Source: Ruditapes philippinarum (lineage: Eukaryota). Taken from it: a stretch of DNA of 64,000 nucleotides. This document shows positions 1 through 13,726 of this stretch, piece by piece (the stretch's first letter is position 1; every line of letters starts with the position of its first letter). The stretch spans positions 186,001-250,000 of the forward strand of contig NW_026863152.1 of the NCBI RefSeq assembly GCF_026571515.1, written 5' to 3'. Made by a program: the position numbers and the translations under genes. The notes beneath the pieces were generated by a model. The model did not search any database and was not told the DNA's origin. It saw nothing but the letters and a program-made list of their open reading frames with translations.

Positions 1-1044
1 AATAGATGACATGTACATTTGTATTTATTTAAACCCTATATGGTGAATTTCAGAACATTTTGTTTTTCTCTAGTAAGGGTTACTTTCCTTTTTTCGTAGA
101 ACTATTCCACGCGGATTGAGAAATATTCGGAGGAATTTGTCGAATTAGATTTTCCTGGCAAAAACATGTTGCCATATAAAAGCGGCGGCGGGTAATTACA
201 GAAATCATCGGAATCTATCTCAACGGACAAAAGAGCACCGAAAAGAACACAAAGAATCCATTGAAAGCAAAAGTTTGTAATCAACTACGCTCACTTTCTC
301 GTCGTAGGAATAAGCTGGCGCCATATTGTACTCAAATCACGGGAGAATTTTTTTCCATTCACTTTTTTCATATTTCCTTTCGCAATTACTATCCCTGACC
401 AAACCTAATCAAACAAATGCAGACCTGAAAAGATATGAAACGGCTACCCATTTAGTTTAGCCACTCTTGCTTTTATAATAGATTGGATTTGCAGATGAAA
501 AATAATATAGATGTGTTGCTTGAGAATAGTAGAGAGGTCATATTCGTATGTGAGATGGCAAGAAAAAATATATATGGTAATATCTATCCTAAAGAAGTAT
601 CCTTTGAAATATTTTCATTCAAAGAGAATAGGATGTACAAATAAGCCCTTTTTGCTGGTCTTGTACGAATTAGGTACTAATAACTCTTTACCTGCAGAAG
701 TTGGGTAATGTATTTGCCGAACTTTGAATTTGGAAAAGTGTACTCAATGTTTGAGGGATTTTAATATCGAAAGACAAAAATTGCGGCTAGTTAGACTGCA
801 TAAAATAAAGTCAGATACGTCCGCGCACCTCTACCTTTCGCAATAATCCAAACCCTAACAACAACTACATCATCAACAACAACAAAAAATAAAAACAAAC
901 ATCAACAAAACAAAGCAGTGGACATATCTGAGGCTTTTAATTGTTTGAAAATAAAAGATATGTCTTTTTTTTAAGTCCATGAATTATATTCGAAAACGAA
1001 TTAAAAAGTTCCCTAGCATAATTTTCAAAAGTTCTTTTAGCGAG

Positions 1045-1302
1045 ACTTCCGCGCATGCGCTTTTCCGACACAGCGTCATTCTTTGGTCCTTTTTTTATCA
1101 AGGTACGCACAACAAAATTATTATTCTGACAAGTTTAGACAGCCGAAATATAGCCTCACATCCTTATTAATATATCTTTAACTATATGTAATTAAATAAG
1201 AGTCTGACAGAAGAAAGATTTTTCCGCGACACAAGGTCGTGAGCATCGCCGTACTTGTGACGTCATCACGTTCAGTACCAGCAGTAATTAAATTCACTTC
1301 CG
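1045..1302. promoter_or_regulatory. Putative promoter motif cluster (ETS ACTTCCG, NRF1 GCGCATGCGC, CRE TGACGTCA)
   Basis: ACTTCCG 1045-1051 abuts a perfect NRF1 palindrome at 1051-1060; full CRE at 1258-1265; second CACTTCCG near 1295-1302; locally CpG-rich; possible donor GAAAG|GTAAAG at 1537/1538. Confidence 0.45.
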
Positions 1303-2232
1303 CTCAGATTATTCCGCACTTCTGCTAAATTGCATTCATATTTAATAACTCCATGGATTGAATCGGTATCCCGTCTCGGCTGAACTGGTAACAATACAAA
1401 ATTCTTAATCTCTCGAGGACCACCGAAGTTGCTACTCCAGAATTGAATAAAAATATTGAAAAGTTAATGAAAAATCATCGAGGCAGTCTATGTGTTTGAT
1501 TATACTTTCCGCGTATTAATCCTCAGTTTGTAGAAAGGTAAAGTTCATTTACTGCCGCAGAAAACCCGGGTACTAGTCTCGTATTGAGTTTCAAGTGATG
1601 CAGAATTTTTACATGGAAATACAGGAAATAAGCGGCCTGAAGAATCAAAGAAAATTATTAGCTACTTTTTTCATTATACGTTTGTAAAATAAACGTACCT
1701 GTTCGATATTTAGGTCAGTACACGTTTAATTACTCAGCCCGAAATCAAATCATCTTTTGGTGTTTCTAATTAAGAAATAAAAAAGAGCAAAGAATCTTAT
1801 TTTAAAGAGGGAAACACAAATCTTATAAAAGAAATCAAAAGTTGTTTACAATGTGTACGAATTGCAGAAGAAAATTAGTCCGGAAAAATAGCTTTGTGTA
1901 ACTTATTTATATAGCTGATTTTATAGAGAAATGAGCCAACTCATAATTCCTCAAGCTTTGCCTTGACTTTCTATAACAGCAGTTTTTAAATTCAAGTGCT
2001 GGAAACCGGCAATAGAATTAGCGTTCCGACTTTCTTTAATAGCAGCATTTTAGTCCAATTGCTGGAAATCATAAGTGTGACCCGGACGAAAAACAAAATG
2101 TTAAATTCTAATTCACATAGTGGCATCATATAGCATAGTAGCATGGCACTATTTCTAAGTGTCATTTGACACTAACATAATCAAAGAAAATTTGATATTT
2201 AATTACCTGATAAGGTTTATAGAGAAATAATT

Positions 2233-5200
2233 GTAATGTAGAATGATGTTGCTGGACGTAATGTAGTATGGTGTTGCTGAAAGTAATGTAGTATGATGTT
2301 GCTGAAAGTAATGTAGTATGTTGTTGCTGGAAGTAATGTAGTATGATGTTGCTGGACGTAATGTAGTATGATGTTGCTGGAAGTAATGTAGTATGATGTT
2401 GCTGGAAGTAATGTAGTATGATGTTGCTGGAAGTAATGTAGTATGATGTTGCTGGAAGTAATGAAGTATGATGTTGCTGGAAGTAATGTAGTATGATGTT
2501 GCTGGAAGTAATGTAGTATGATGTTGCTGGAAGTAATGTAGTATGATGTTGCTGGAAGTAATGTAGTATGATGTTGCTGGAAGTAATGTAGTATGATGTT
2601 GCTGGAAGTAATGTAGTATGATGTTGCTGGAAGTAATGTAGTATGATGTTGCTGGAAGTAATGTAGTATGATGTTGCTGGAAGTAATGTAGTATAATGTT
2701 GCTGGAAGTAATGAGGTATGATGTTGCTGGAAGTAATGCGGTATGATGTTACTAGAAGGAATGTAGTATGATGTTGCTGGAAGTAATGTAGTATGATGTT
2801 GCTAGAAGTAATGTAGTATGATGTTGCTGGAAGTAATGTAGTATGATGTTGCTGGAAGAAATGTAGTATGATGTTGCTGGAAGTAATATGATGTTACTGG
2901 AAGTAATGTAGTATGATGTTGCTGGAAGTAATGTAGTATGATGTTGCTGGACGTAATGTAGTATGATGTTGCTGGAAGTAATGTAGTATGATGTTGCTAG
3001 AAGTAATGGAGTATGATGTTGCTGGAAGTAATGTAGTATGATGTTGCTGGAAGTAATGGAGTATGATGTTGCTGGAAGTAATGTAGTATGATGTTGCTGG
3101 AAGTAATGTAGTATGATGTTGCTGGAAGTAATATTGTGTTATGATGTTGCTGGAAGTAATGTAGTATGATGTTGCTGGAAGTAATGTAGTATGATGTTGC
3201 TGGAAGTAATGAAGTATGATGTTGCTGGAAGTAATGTAGTATGATGTTGCTGGAAGTAATGTAGTATGATGTTGCTGGAAGTAATGTAGTATGATGTTGC
3301 TGGAAGTAATGTAGTATGATGTTGCTGGAAGTAATGTAGTATGATGTTGCTGGAAGTAATGTAGTATGATGTTGCTGGAAGTAATGAAGTATGATGTTGC
3401 TGGAAGTAATGTAGTATGATGTTGCTGGAAGTAATGTAGTATGATGTTGCTTGGAAGTAATGTAGTATGATGTTGCTGGAAGTAATGTAGTATGATGTTG
3501 CTGGAAGTAATGTAGTATGATGTTGCTGGAAGTAATGTAGTATGATGTTGCTGGAAGTAATGTAGTATGATGTTGCTGGAAATAATGTAGAATGATGATT
3601 TGCTGGAGGTAATGTAGTATGATGTCGCTGGAAGTAATGTAGTATGATGTTGCTGGAAATAATGTAGAATGATGTTGCTGGAGGTAATGTAGTATGATGT
3701 CGCTGGAAGTAATGTAGTATGATGTTGCTGGAAGTAATGAGGTATGATGTTGTTGGAAGTAATTGTAGTATGATGTTGCTGGAAGTAATGTAGTATGATA
3801 TTGCTGGACGTAATGTAGTATGATGTTGCTGGAAGAAATGTAGTATGATGTTGCTGGAAGTAATGTAGTATGATGTTGCTGAAAGTATGTTATATGATGT
3901 TGCTGTAAGTAATGTAGTATGATATTGCCGGAAATAATGTAGTATGATATTGCTGGACGTAATGTAGTATGATGTTGCTGGAAGAAATGCAGTATGAATG
4001 TCGCTGGAAGTAATGCAGTATGATGTTGCTGGAAGTAATGAGGTATGATGTTGCTGGAAGTAATGTAGTATGATGTTGCTGGAAGTAATGTAGTATGATG
4101 TTGCTGGAAGTAATGTTAGTTATGATATTGCTGGAAGTAATGTAATATGATGTTGCTGGAAGTAATGTAATATGAAATTATGTTGTTGGAAGTAATGTAG
4201 TATGATGTCGCTGGAAGTAATGCAGTATGATGTTGCTGGAAGTAATGAGGTATGATGTTGCTGGAAGTAATGTAGTATGATGTTGGGTGGAAGTAATGTT
4301 GTATGATGTGGGTGGAAGTAATGTTGTATGATGTTGCTAGTAGTAATGTAGTATGGCGTTGGTGGAAGTAATGTAGTATGATGTTGTTGGAAATAATGTA
4401 GTGTGATATTGCTGAAAGTAATGTAATATGATGTAGCTTGAAGTAATGTAGCATGACGTTGGTGGAAGTAATGTAGTATGATGTTGCTGGAAGTAATGTA
4501 GCATGCGTTGGTGGAAGTAATGTAGTATGATGATGCTGGAAGTAATGTAGCATGACGTTCGTGGAAGTAATGTAGAATGATATTGCTTGAAGTAATGTAG
4601 TATGATGTTGTTGGAAATAATGTAGTATGATATTGCTGGAAGTAATGTAATATGATGTTGCTTGAAGTAATTTTGCATCGTTATTTTTGAAATAATGTTG
4701 TATGATGTTGGAGGAATTAATGTTGTATGATGTTGTTGAAAGTAATGTAGTATGATGTTCCTGGAAGTAATGTAATTTGATTTTAATGGAAGTTATGTTA
4801 TCAGATGTCGTTGGAAGTAATGTACTTTGATGTTACTGGAAGTAATGTAGTATGATATTGCTGGAAGTAATGTAGTATGATGTTGCTGGAAGTAATGTAG
4901 TATGATGTTGCTGAAAGCAATGTAGTATGATGTTCCTGTAAGTAATGTAGTATGATGTTGCTGGAAATAATGTAATATGATGTTCCTGGAAGTAATGTAG
5001 TATGATGTTGCTAGAAGTAATGTAGTATGATGTTGCTGGAAATAATGTAATATGATGTTCCTGGAAGTAATGTAGTATGATGTTGCTGGAAGTAATGTAG
5101 TATAATGTTGCTAGAAGAAATGTAGTTTGATGTTGCTGGAAGTAATGTAGTATGATGTTGCTACAAGTAATGTAGTATGATGTTGTTGGAAGTAATGTAG

Positions 5201-6058
5201 TATGATGTTGCTGGAAGTAATGTAGTATGATGTTGCTAGAAGTAATGTAGTATGATGTTGCTGGAAGTAATGTAGTATGATGTTGCTGGAAGTAATGTAG
5301 TATGATGTTGCTGGAAGTAATGTAGTATGATGTTGCTGGAAGTAATGTAGTATGATGTTGCTGGAAGTAATGTAGTATGATGTTGCTGGAAGTAATGTAG
5401 TATGATGTTGCTGGACGTAATGTAGTATGATGTTGCTGAAAGTAATGTAGTATAATGTTCCTGTAAGTAATGTAGTATGATATTGCCGGAAACAATGTAG
5501 TATGATATTGCTGGACGTAATGTAGTATGATGTTGCTGGAAATAATGTAATATGATGTTGCTGGAAGTAATGTAATATGATGTTGCTGGAAATAATGTAG
5601 TATGATGTTGCTGGAAGTAATGTAGTATGATGTTGCTGGAAGTAATGTAGTATGATGTTGCTAGAAGTAATGTAGTATGATGTTGCTGGAAGTAATGTAG
5701 AATGATGTTGCTGGAAGTAATGTAATTTGATGTTGCTAGAAGTAATGTAGTATGATGTTGCTGGTAGTAATGTAGTATGATGTTGCTGGAAGTCATGAAA
5801 TATGATATGATGTTGTTGGAAGTAATGTAATATGATGTTGCTGGGAGTAATGTTATATAATATGATGTTGCTGTAAGTCATGTATAATGATGTTGCTGGA
5901 AGAAATGTTATATGATCTTGTTGGAAGAAATGCAGTATGATGTTGTTGGAAGTAATGTTATGTGATGTTTTTGGAAGTATTGTATAATGATGTTGCTGGA
6001 AGTAATGTAGTATGATGTTGTTGGAAATAATGTAATATGATTTTGCTGGATGCAATGT
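2233..6058. repeat. 25-bp tandem minisatellite (GTATGATGTTGCTGGAAGTAATGTA)n, roughly 150 copies
   Basis: Period of 25 read directly; homogeneous core, more degenerate at ~4150-4830 and at the right end. Confidence 0.97.
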
Positions 6059-7949
6059 AAAATGGTACCTAAAGTGTTGCAGTTTGATGTTGACGGTAGT
6101 CATTTTAGTGGATAAAGTTACAATAGTTTGCTTGTTTGAGAATGCCAAATTTTATAGAAATATATATTTTGGTGGTGGGACCCAGATTAGATATTGTTTT
6201 TAGTGTGTTTTTTGACATAATAGGTCAGGATTTTCGAGATTCATTTTTCATTTGATGTATGTTTAGGCTAATAACATTTGTGCAAAATTTCTGACCATTC
6301 CCTCAGTCTGTTGTACCAGAATTATCATTTTAATTGTGCAAAAAACGACCCAAAATGAAAAGCGTTGCAACGCTTTTCATTTAAACCGGGCTAAGAATTT
6401 TACTTAAAATCTATTTGCAATATATATATATATCTTTATTATCTTTTTTAGATTTTTCCATTTTAGATGCATTACTAGATCTATGTTAGAATTTCAGATT
6501 TTATGTTTTAGTTCTTTTTACCTCAGTTGAGTTCCTTTATAAATAATAATGGTTAAATGTCTGCATAATGTAAACATGATAATAATTGATGTTCACATTC
6601 ACTAAAGGCATATATTTTATATTTTGTGCACATACAAACACAAGACTTAATGTGTGTTGACCATTCAAGCAGTTTTTAAATTTTTCCTCCCATTTTTGTA
6701 ACAAACTAATTATAATGTCATCTTTTTGCATTGTTTTTTTTTTAGAAATGTTTTATTTGTAAGGGATATTTTATCTCTCTCCCTTCAATTGTCTTTTTGC
6801 TTTCTTTCTTATTATTTTATTAGGTACAAATTATTTTTTTACATTGTTTATTAAAATTAACGTTTAAAGGGAGGTAATATAGACACGACTGTGTAAAGTG
6901 TTTTGCCACAGTTGTCTGTCTTTGCAGATTACTGATACAGTGTAAAACTTGACAATATTTGCTCGTATTGTTGCTATCGCCCTATCTTTGCATTTGTAAA
7001 ATCATGTGATTTACCCTCGTTTGCTTATGAAAAATCTTATTTTATTTTTGAAGAAAATATTTTGCTGATAGGACCATGCTACTCATAATACTGGGCTGGG
7101 ACTGTGTATTTTAAGGTGTAGTAGTTTGAGTATATGTCCTCGCAGGTACCCCTGGATGTTCATATTTTACCCATTACTTCATATTTTACCCATTACTTCT
7201 AGTACTGATTATAAATTACGGATATAGTTTACATGTTATAATAATAAATATTGCTATTCAAGTAATCGCCAAGTTCCAAGGGGCCGAAGACCTTAAATCT
7301 CCGTTTTACAATTAAAGGGAAATAACTCGTAAGTTACAAAATTTTCAAGGCATATTTTTTTTAAGAATGTATCATACATATGTTAAAATTCATAAAGATG
7401 CGGAAGGAAAAATATAAAAAAGACGACTTTTGTTGAAACTTAGTTTTGTTCCTGTATGGTTGGTGGTGACAATGTCACGTGGGAGGCCAAACTTGGGTTA
7501 CAGCAAATGAAAATCAAATTGACAGTAAGCCTAATTTCCTCCTATAATTGACATGAGTAATTTCATAATTAAGCAGTTCGTATGAACGATGCAGTCATAT
7601 TTGGTTGTATATTTATAGTAAATGAGCCGCGTACATGTTTAGGGTTGTTTATTTTTACTGCAATTTTAGCTCGTCACGTTTAAGTCTTCCTATACTTAAT
7701 AAAATTTATAATTTTTATATATTTAAAACCAATGTCTCTTTTTAGATATATGTGTAGACCTAGAATGTTAATATCATATTAAATATACTTTCAACAATAA
7801 CAACATTCAGGATTTTATTGCAATTTGTGCATATTAGTAAATTTTTGGTACATGCACCTAAGAAATTAAGAACCTTATCGATTCCAGAAGAGCGTTTATG
7901 GCTTATTAGTTATGAATATTTAACGCTGAATAAAATGATGATGATGTTT

Positions 7950-7984
<35 letters not shown>

Positions 7985-8249
7985 ATATCATTTATACATG
8001 TATGTAAACTTATGACTGAGACGTACACCTGTACCTAAATTACCTAAAACAAGGTCAATCTGGTGACAGGATATTAATTATATTGGGATAGTAAGTAACA
8101 TTTGCTTTTCTTATATGGCACACAAACATGACTAAAAGTAAGTAAACATATTTCTTTTTTTATGCATATACAATGTTTATTTTAGTCGTCTTTGCATTAC
8201 ATAGTGTTCATGATTATATATCTAACAAGCTTTAAGCTAGTTTAATAAT

Positions 8250-10790
8250 AATTGTTATGTAGACTATATGCTTGAATAATAGTTTTAATGCTTGTTTAAT
8301 GATTATGATTATATAGACTATATGCTTGAATAATAGTTTTCAAGCTTTTTTAATCATTATGCTTATACAGAATTTATGCTTGAATAATAGTTTTCATGCT
8401 TTTTTAGTCATTATGATTATATAGACTTTATGCTTGAATAATAGTTTTCATGCTTGTTAAATCATTATGATTATATAGACTCTATGATTGAATAATAGTT
8501 TTCATGCTTGTTAAATCATAATTGATATATAGACTTAATGCTTGAATAATAGTTTTCATGCTTCTTGCATCATTATACTTGTTAAGACTTTATGCTTGAA
8601 TAATAGTTTCCATGCTTGTTTAATCATTATGCTTATATAAACTTTATGCTTGTATAATAGTTTTCATGTTTATTTAATCATTATGGTTATATAGATTTTA
8701 TGCTTGAATAATAGTTTTCATGCTTGTTTAATCATTGTGATTATAAAGACTTAATGCTTGAATAATAGTTTTAATGCATGTTCAATCTATATACCTTTAT
8801 AGTATTTCTGCTTGAATTGTTTTAATGCCTGTCTCATCCTTATGCATATATAGTATTCATGCTAGAATTATTTCAATGCTTGTATAAATCATATGCTTAT
8901 ATAGCCTTTATGCTTGAATTGTTTTAATGATTGTCTAATTTGTATGCTTAAAAAGCCTGTATGTTTGAATATTTTAATGCTTGTCTAATTCTTATGCTTA
9001 CATAGCCTTTATGCTTGAATCGTTTTAATGCCTGTCTAATTCATATGCTTATATAGCCTTTATTTTTGAATTGCTTCAATGCTTGTTTGATCCTTATGCT
9101 GATATAGTATTAATGCTTGAATTGTTTTAAGGCATGTCTTATCCTTATGCTTATATAGCCTAATTCTTATGATAAAATAGTCTAAATGCTTGAATTAATT
9201 AAATGCTTGTCTAATTCTTATGCGTAATAGTATTTATGCTTGAATTGTTTAAATGCTCGTCTTATTCTTATGCTTATAAAAAAAAATTTGTTTGAAATGT
9301 TTTAAAGCTTATCTGGTCCTTATGCTTATAGTTTTAATGCTTGAATTGTTTCAATGCTTGTTTGATCATTATGTTCATATTGTCTTTATGCTTGAATTGT
9401 TTTTATGCTCGTCTTATTCTTATGCTTATAAAGTTTTTATGTTTGAATTGTTTTAAAGCTTATCTGATCCTTATGCTTATAATCTTGATGCTTGAATTGT
9501 TTCAATGCTTGTTTGATCATTATGCTTATATTGTCTTTATGCTTGAATTGTTTTTATGCTCGTCTTATTCTTATGCTTATAAAGTTTTTATGTTTGAATT
9601 GTTTTAAAGCTTATCTGGTCCTTATGCTTATAGTTTTGATGCTTGAATTGTTTTAATGCTTGTTTGATCTTTATGCTTATATTATATTTATGCTTGAATT
9701 GTTTTTATGCTCGTCTAATTCTTATGCTTATAAAAAATTTTATGTTTGAATAGTTTTTAAAGCTTATCTGGTCCTTATGCTTATAGTTTTGAATGCTTGA
9801 ATTGTTTTAATGCTTATATAAATATTATACTTATATAGCCCTTATGCTTGAATCGTTTTAATGGTTGTCTAATTTTTATGCTTATAAAGCCTTTATGTTT
9901 GAATTGTTTTAATGCTTATCTGATCCTTATGCTTATAGTCTTGATGCTTGAATTGTTTTAATGCTTGTTTGATCCTTATGCTTATATAGTCTTTATGCTT
10001 GAATTGTTTTAATGCTCGTCTAATTCTTATGCTTATAAAGTCTTTATATTTGAATTGTTTTAAAGCTTATCTGATCCTTATGCTTATAATCTTGATGCTT
10101 GAATGGTTTCAATGCTTGTTTGATCATTATGCTTATATTGTCTTTATGCTTGAATTGTTTTTATGCTCGTCTTATTCTTATGCTTATAAAGTTTTTATGT
10201 TTGAATTGTTTTAAAGCTTATCTGGTCCTTATGCTTATAGTTTTGATGCTTGAATTGTTTTAATGCTTGTTTGATCTTTATGCTTATATTATATTTATGC
10301 TTGAATTGTTTTTATGCTCGTCTAATTCTTATGCTTATAAAAATTTTATGTTTGAATAGTTTTAAAGCTTATCTGGTCCTTATGCTTATAGTTTTGATGC
10401 TTGAATTGTTTTAATGCTTGTTTGATCTTTATGCTTATATTGTATTTATGCTTGAATTGTTTTAATGCTCGTCTAATTCTTATGCTTATAAAGTTTTTAT
10501 GTTTGAATTGTTTTAAAGCTTAACTGGTCCTTATGCTTATAGTTTTGATGCTTGAATTGTTTTAATGCTTGTTTGATCTTTATGCTTATATTGTATTTAT
10601 GCTTGAATTGTTTTAATGCTCGTCTAATTCTTATGCTTATAAAGTCTTTATATTTGAATTGTTTTAAAGCTTATCTGATCCTTATGCTTATAGTCTTGAT
10701 GCTTGAATGGTTTTAATGCTCGTCTAATTCTAATGCTCATGAAGTATTTATTTTCTTGAATTGCCCTTATGCTTGTACAGTCTTATGCTT
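8250..10790. repeat. AT-rich tandem array: ~54-bp units changing to ~51-bp units with a 151-bp (51+51+49) higher-order repeat
   Basis: TTGAAT anchor recurs at 9341, 9392, 9443, 9492, 9543, 9594 and 9643; three subunit variants recur in fixed order. Confidence 0.93.
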
Positions 10791-10854
10791 TTTATTAGGG
10801 TAAATGTTTATACAGGATTTACACTTCTATAGTTTATACACATGCACATAATGT

Positions 10855-11198
10855 CATAGGCACGATTGGATTTTTCCTTCTTTAGAAAGGGTAAACATTA
10901 GTTTTATTAAATAATGGTTTAAGAATATGCTAGATGCTTATCACAATGAATAAAATAGCGCTGAATATGAAATTATTTGCAATAAAACTAGCATTTTGAG
11001 TTACATACGCAATACAAAATCACTGTAACTGTACTAATTGCCAAAAGGCAACAGGGGTAAAAGAGGATTCAGGAAATTGGACAATGAGTCACTTTTTTGA
11101 AATAAGTACAAGGCAAGAATAAAAAATAAAAATAAAAAAGAGTTAAAAACTTTCAGAAATAAAAATAAATTCATATCTTGGGCATGATGGGTTTTTAA
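10855..11198. mobile_element. Degenerate copy of TTAA-flanked (Kolobok-like) MITE family A
   Basis: Shares TAGCGCTGAAT.TGAAATTATTT and CAAAATCACT.TAACTGTACTAATTGCCAAAA with 34174-34518. Confidence 0.65.
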
Positions 11199-11329
11199 GC
11201 TTCACATTTTTTTATATGCTTATAGGGTGGTTTAAGTAGATGCTTATATAGCATTGAAACCCATTTTGTATTTATCTTTTGAATTCGTGTAAGACTTTAT
11301 GCTAACATGGTTTACATTATCAACGTTTA

Positions 11330-11750
11330 TTTAATGCTTTATTTTCTTTTTGCTAATATTCTTCATTCTTTTATTGTCTTTATGCTTATTTAATCTTTAT
11401 GCTTATTTAGTCTTAATGCTTTTATTTTGTTTTTTTTTCTTTTTTGCTTATTTAGTCTTTACGCTTTTATTGTCTTTATGCTAATTTAGTCTTAATGCTT
11501 TTATTGTGTTTTTTTATTTAGTCTTTATGCTTTTATTTTCTCTATGCTTATTTAGTCTTTATGCTTTAATTTTCTGTATGCTTATTTAGTCTTATATGCT
11601 TTTATTATAGTTATTCTTATTTATTTATTCTGCTTTAATTGTCATTTTGCTTATTTAGTCTTTATACTCATATTGGTTTTATGCTTATTTAGTCCTTATG
11701 GTTTTACTGCATTATCCATATTTAGTCTTTATGCTTTTATTGTCTTTTAT
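11330..11750. repeat. Degenerate ~18-20-bp tandem repeat (TATTTAGTCTTTATGCTT-like)
   Basis: Repeated GTCTTTATGCTT core. Confidence 0.8.
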
Positions 11751-11850
11751 GTTAACATACTCTTCAATGTTTAGTATTACTTTCTATGTTATGGTTTTAA
11801 CATTATATCCGCTTTATTTTATCAAGTTAGTTGTGTGTCTATTTAAACAG

Positions 11851-12149
11851 GAAATCTAAAGAAAAAAGCAAAACCAGAAAAGGGGTCCAATGAAGTATAC
11901 ATTCATGCTTTACGAACTCTCTTCGCTTCTAAGGTTGTTTGGGGTGATGGTGAACGGAATGACAGCGCATGCGCAACAAAAGGGGTAGATCACGAGGAAG
12001 AAAGCGCGTCTGGGCGTAAGAATAAAAGTGATGAAGAAAAAGAAGACAAAAACAAATCGGCGTTGTTAAAATGGCCTCACGAAAATGCTGTTGTAAATCT
12101 ATTAACTTTAACTGGAACATATTACATTAAAAGTAACATATGGGAATGA
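11851..12149 (+). CDS. Candidate terminal coding exon of an unidentified gene (98 aa then stop, E/K-rich)
   Basis: Acceptor-like TTTAAACAG at 11842-11850, then 2 nt and an open frame NLKKKAKPEKGSNEVYIHALRTLFASKVVWGDGE...YYIKSNIWE* in a GC-richer island; no recognised homology and no phase-compatible upstream exon found. Confidence 0.25.
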
Positions 12150-12393
12150 CGAGAGGACAAAGTTCAACTATCCTTCCATCGTTGTACTGCCCTATGTGAA
12201 AAAGAACTTGTTGATAGTTCACATGAACTAATTTTGTTTGTTTCGTTTTCTTACAAATTCCAAACTCTGTTGTTTTCGTTTTGATCGAAAGATGGTGCTT
12301 GCATTTGTTACATGCATCAAAGGACATGCTGTACCCTTGGTGTTGTAACCTGTTAACACATCTGTGTGGTGCATTGTTGAAGCCGAAACAGAA

Positions 12394-12450
12394 CCTTCGA
12401 ACCGGCGACCTCCGGATTAGAATTCCGGTGATCTACCACTATACTGTACC
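12394..12450 (-). mobile_element. tRNA-derived SINE head fragment (Arg-TCT-like)
   Basis: Minus strand has A-box-like TATAGTGGTAG, stem CCGGA-ATTCTAA-TCCGG and B-box GGTTCGAA; no acceptor stem. Confidence 0.5.
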
Positions 12451-13565
12451 ATTGTTCCATTTTTCTAGATAACCTGAGACACTGTATGACCATATAACAA
12501 GTATGGCTTATGTAAAATTTATGTTTTACGAAATTAACAAATACAAATACAATGTTTTACTTGAAAATAGTGACGTAAATAAATATAGAAGATAGCAAAT
12601 GTTTGTTTTGTACATAATAAATGTAGATTTATCATTAATTTGCTGCTTATTAATTATCTTTAACAATCTTAAAACACACACGCACGCACGCACACACACA
12701 AACAACAACAACAACAATTCACTTTACAATTCACTCTCTTTCTTCCATATACAGAATACGGTAACAGAAACGACTCTTATCTTTTCTAACTTAACCATCT
12801 CTCGATAACATACGTTACCTTTCTCCTTTTATTGCAAGCCGTAACATGTCATTTTATTTCTATGACTACGACACATACGATACCGCATCGTAAATCGTAA
12901 CATGCCCTTCTGAATTTATTAGTCCTTTTTGCATGCTGTTACTTTTCAGTTACATTGTATATGGAAGCCTATTTTGGATACATTAGAGAGCTTGCCATAT
13001 GGCAGAAAAGTTATCTGCCCTTGATTGCCCACCATGCGGAAATGGTTACACGAGAGATAGTGCCTATGTTTGAAACTAAATAGAGGAAATTTGAATGGAA
13101 GAAACAGCATAAAAAGTCATAATTAAGTAGAGGAGATATGACATAATTAATAAATGTTCATTTTGAGACAATTCAAATGTTAGCATGATCGTTTTTGATA
13201 GAAGTGTTTGCTTTTTACGACCGCCATGGCAGTATATGGGGGGAAAAGTAGCTGGCCAACTCTCATAAACGGCTCAAAGAATTTTCTCTCTCGGATGTCT
13301 CTACAAAGTTGAGGTAAATGATTTTTTTATGGAATAAATTATATGAATTATTTTACATTTGTACTTTCCTTGAAACGCGGTAAATGTAAACAAAACACAC
13401 TGTTAATTGCATCTGTGGACAATGATGTCAATACTATACTTCTCGACCAAGAACATTGTATTTTGCTGCTATTTAACAAAAGTTTAAGGAATATTTAACG
13501 TCCACTGCATTAAAAACTATCTTTTGATATCTTACTAGAACAGTTTGTAAACCCTTGACATCTTC

Positions 13566-13726
13566 GGGTGTCCTTGGCCGAGTGGATAAGGTCGTTGACT
13601 TCAAACCAATTGTCCCAAATTCCCAATCCCGACAGGGACTGAAGTCATCCCTTTGAGGTGCCCATTCGTGTCTGAAATAATGCACGGAACGGCACCTGAG
13701 GTATTCGTCCACCAGTAAAACTGGAA
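13566..13726 (+). mobile_element. tRNA-derived SINE with Meta-like central domain, internally deleted
   Basis: TGGCCGAGTGG A-box head; GGTGCCC...CTGAAATAATGCACGG...GGCACCTGAGGT...TCCACCAGTAAAA resembles the MetaSINE domain as recalled; related copies at 44511-44762, 52366-52481 and 58606-58706. Confidence 0.75.

Noticed and set aside
1467-1537. Selenoprotein-like CxU read-through (MKNHRGSLCV-TGA-LYFPR)
   Set aside because: No recognisable selenoprotein fold or SECIS; chance TGA in probable UTR.
4116-6148. Long minus-strand ORFs (up to 345 aa, HYFQQHHTTLLPATSYY repeats)
   Set aside because: The 25-bp unit lacks stops on one strand; all three frames give the same cyclic peptide; no splice or start context.
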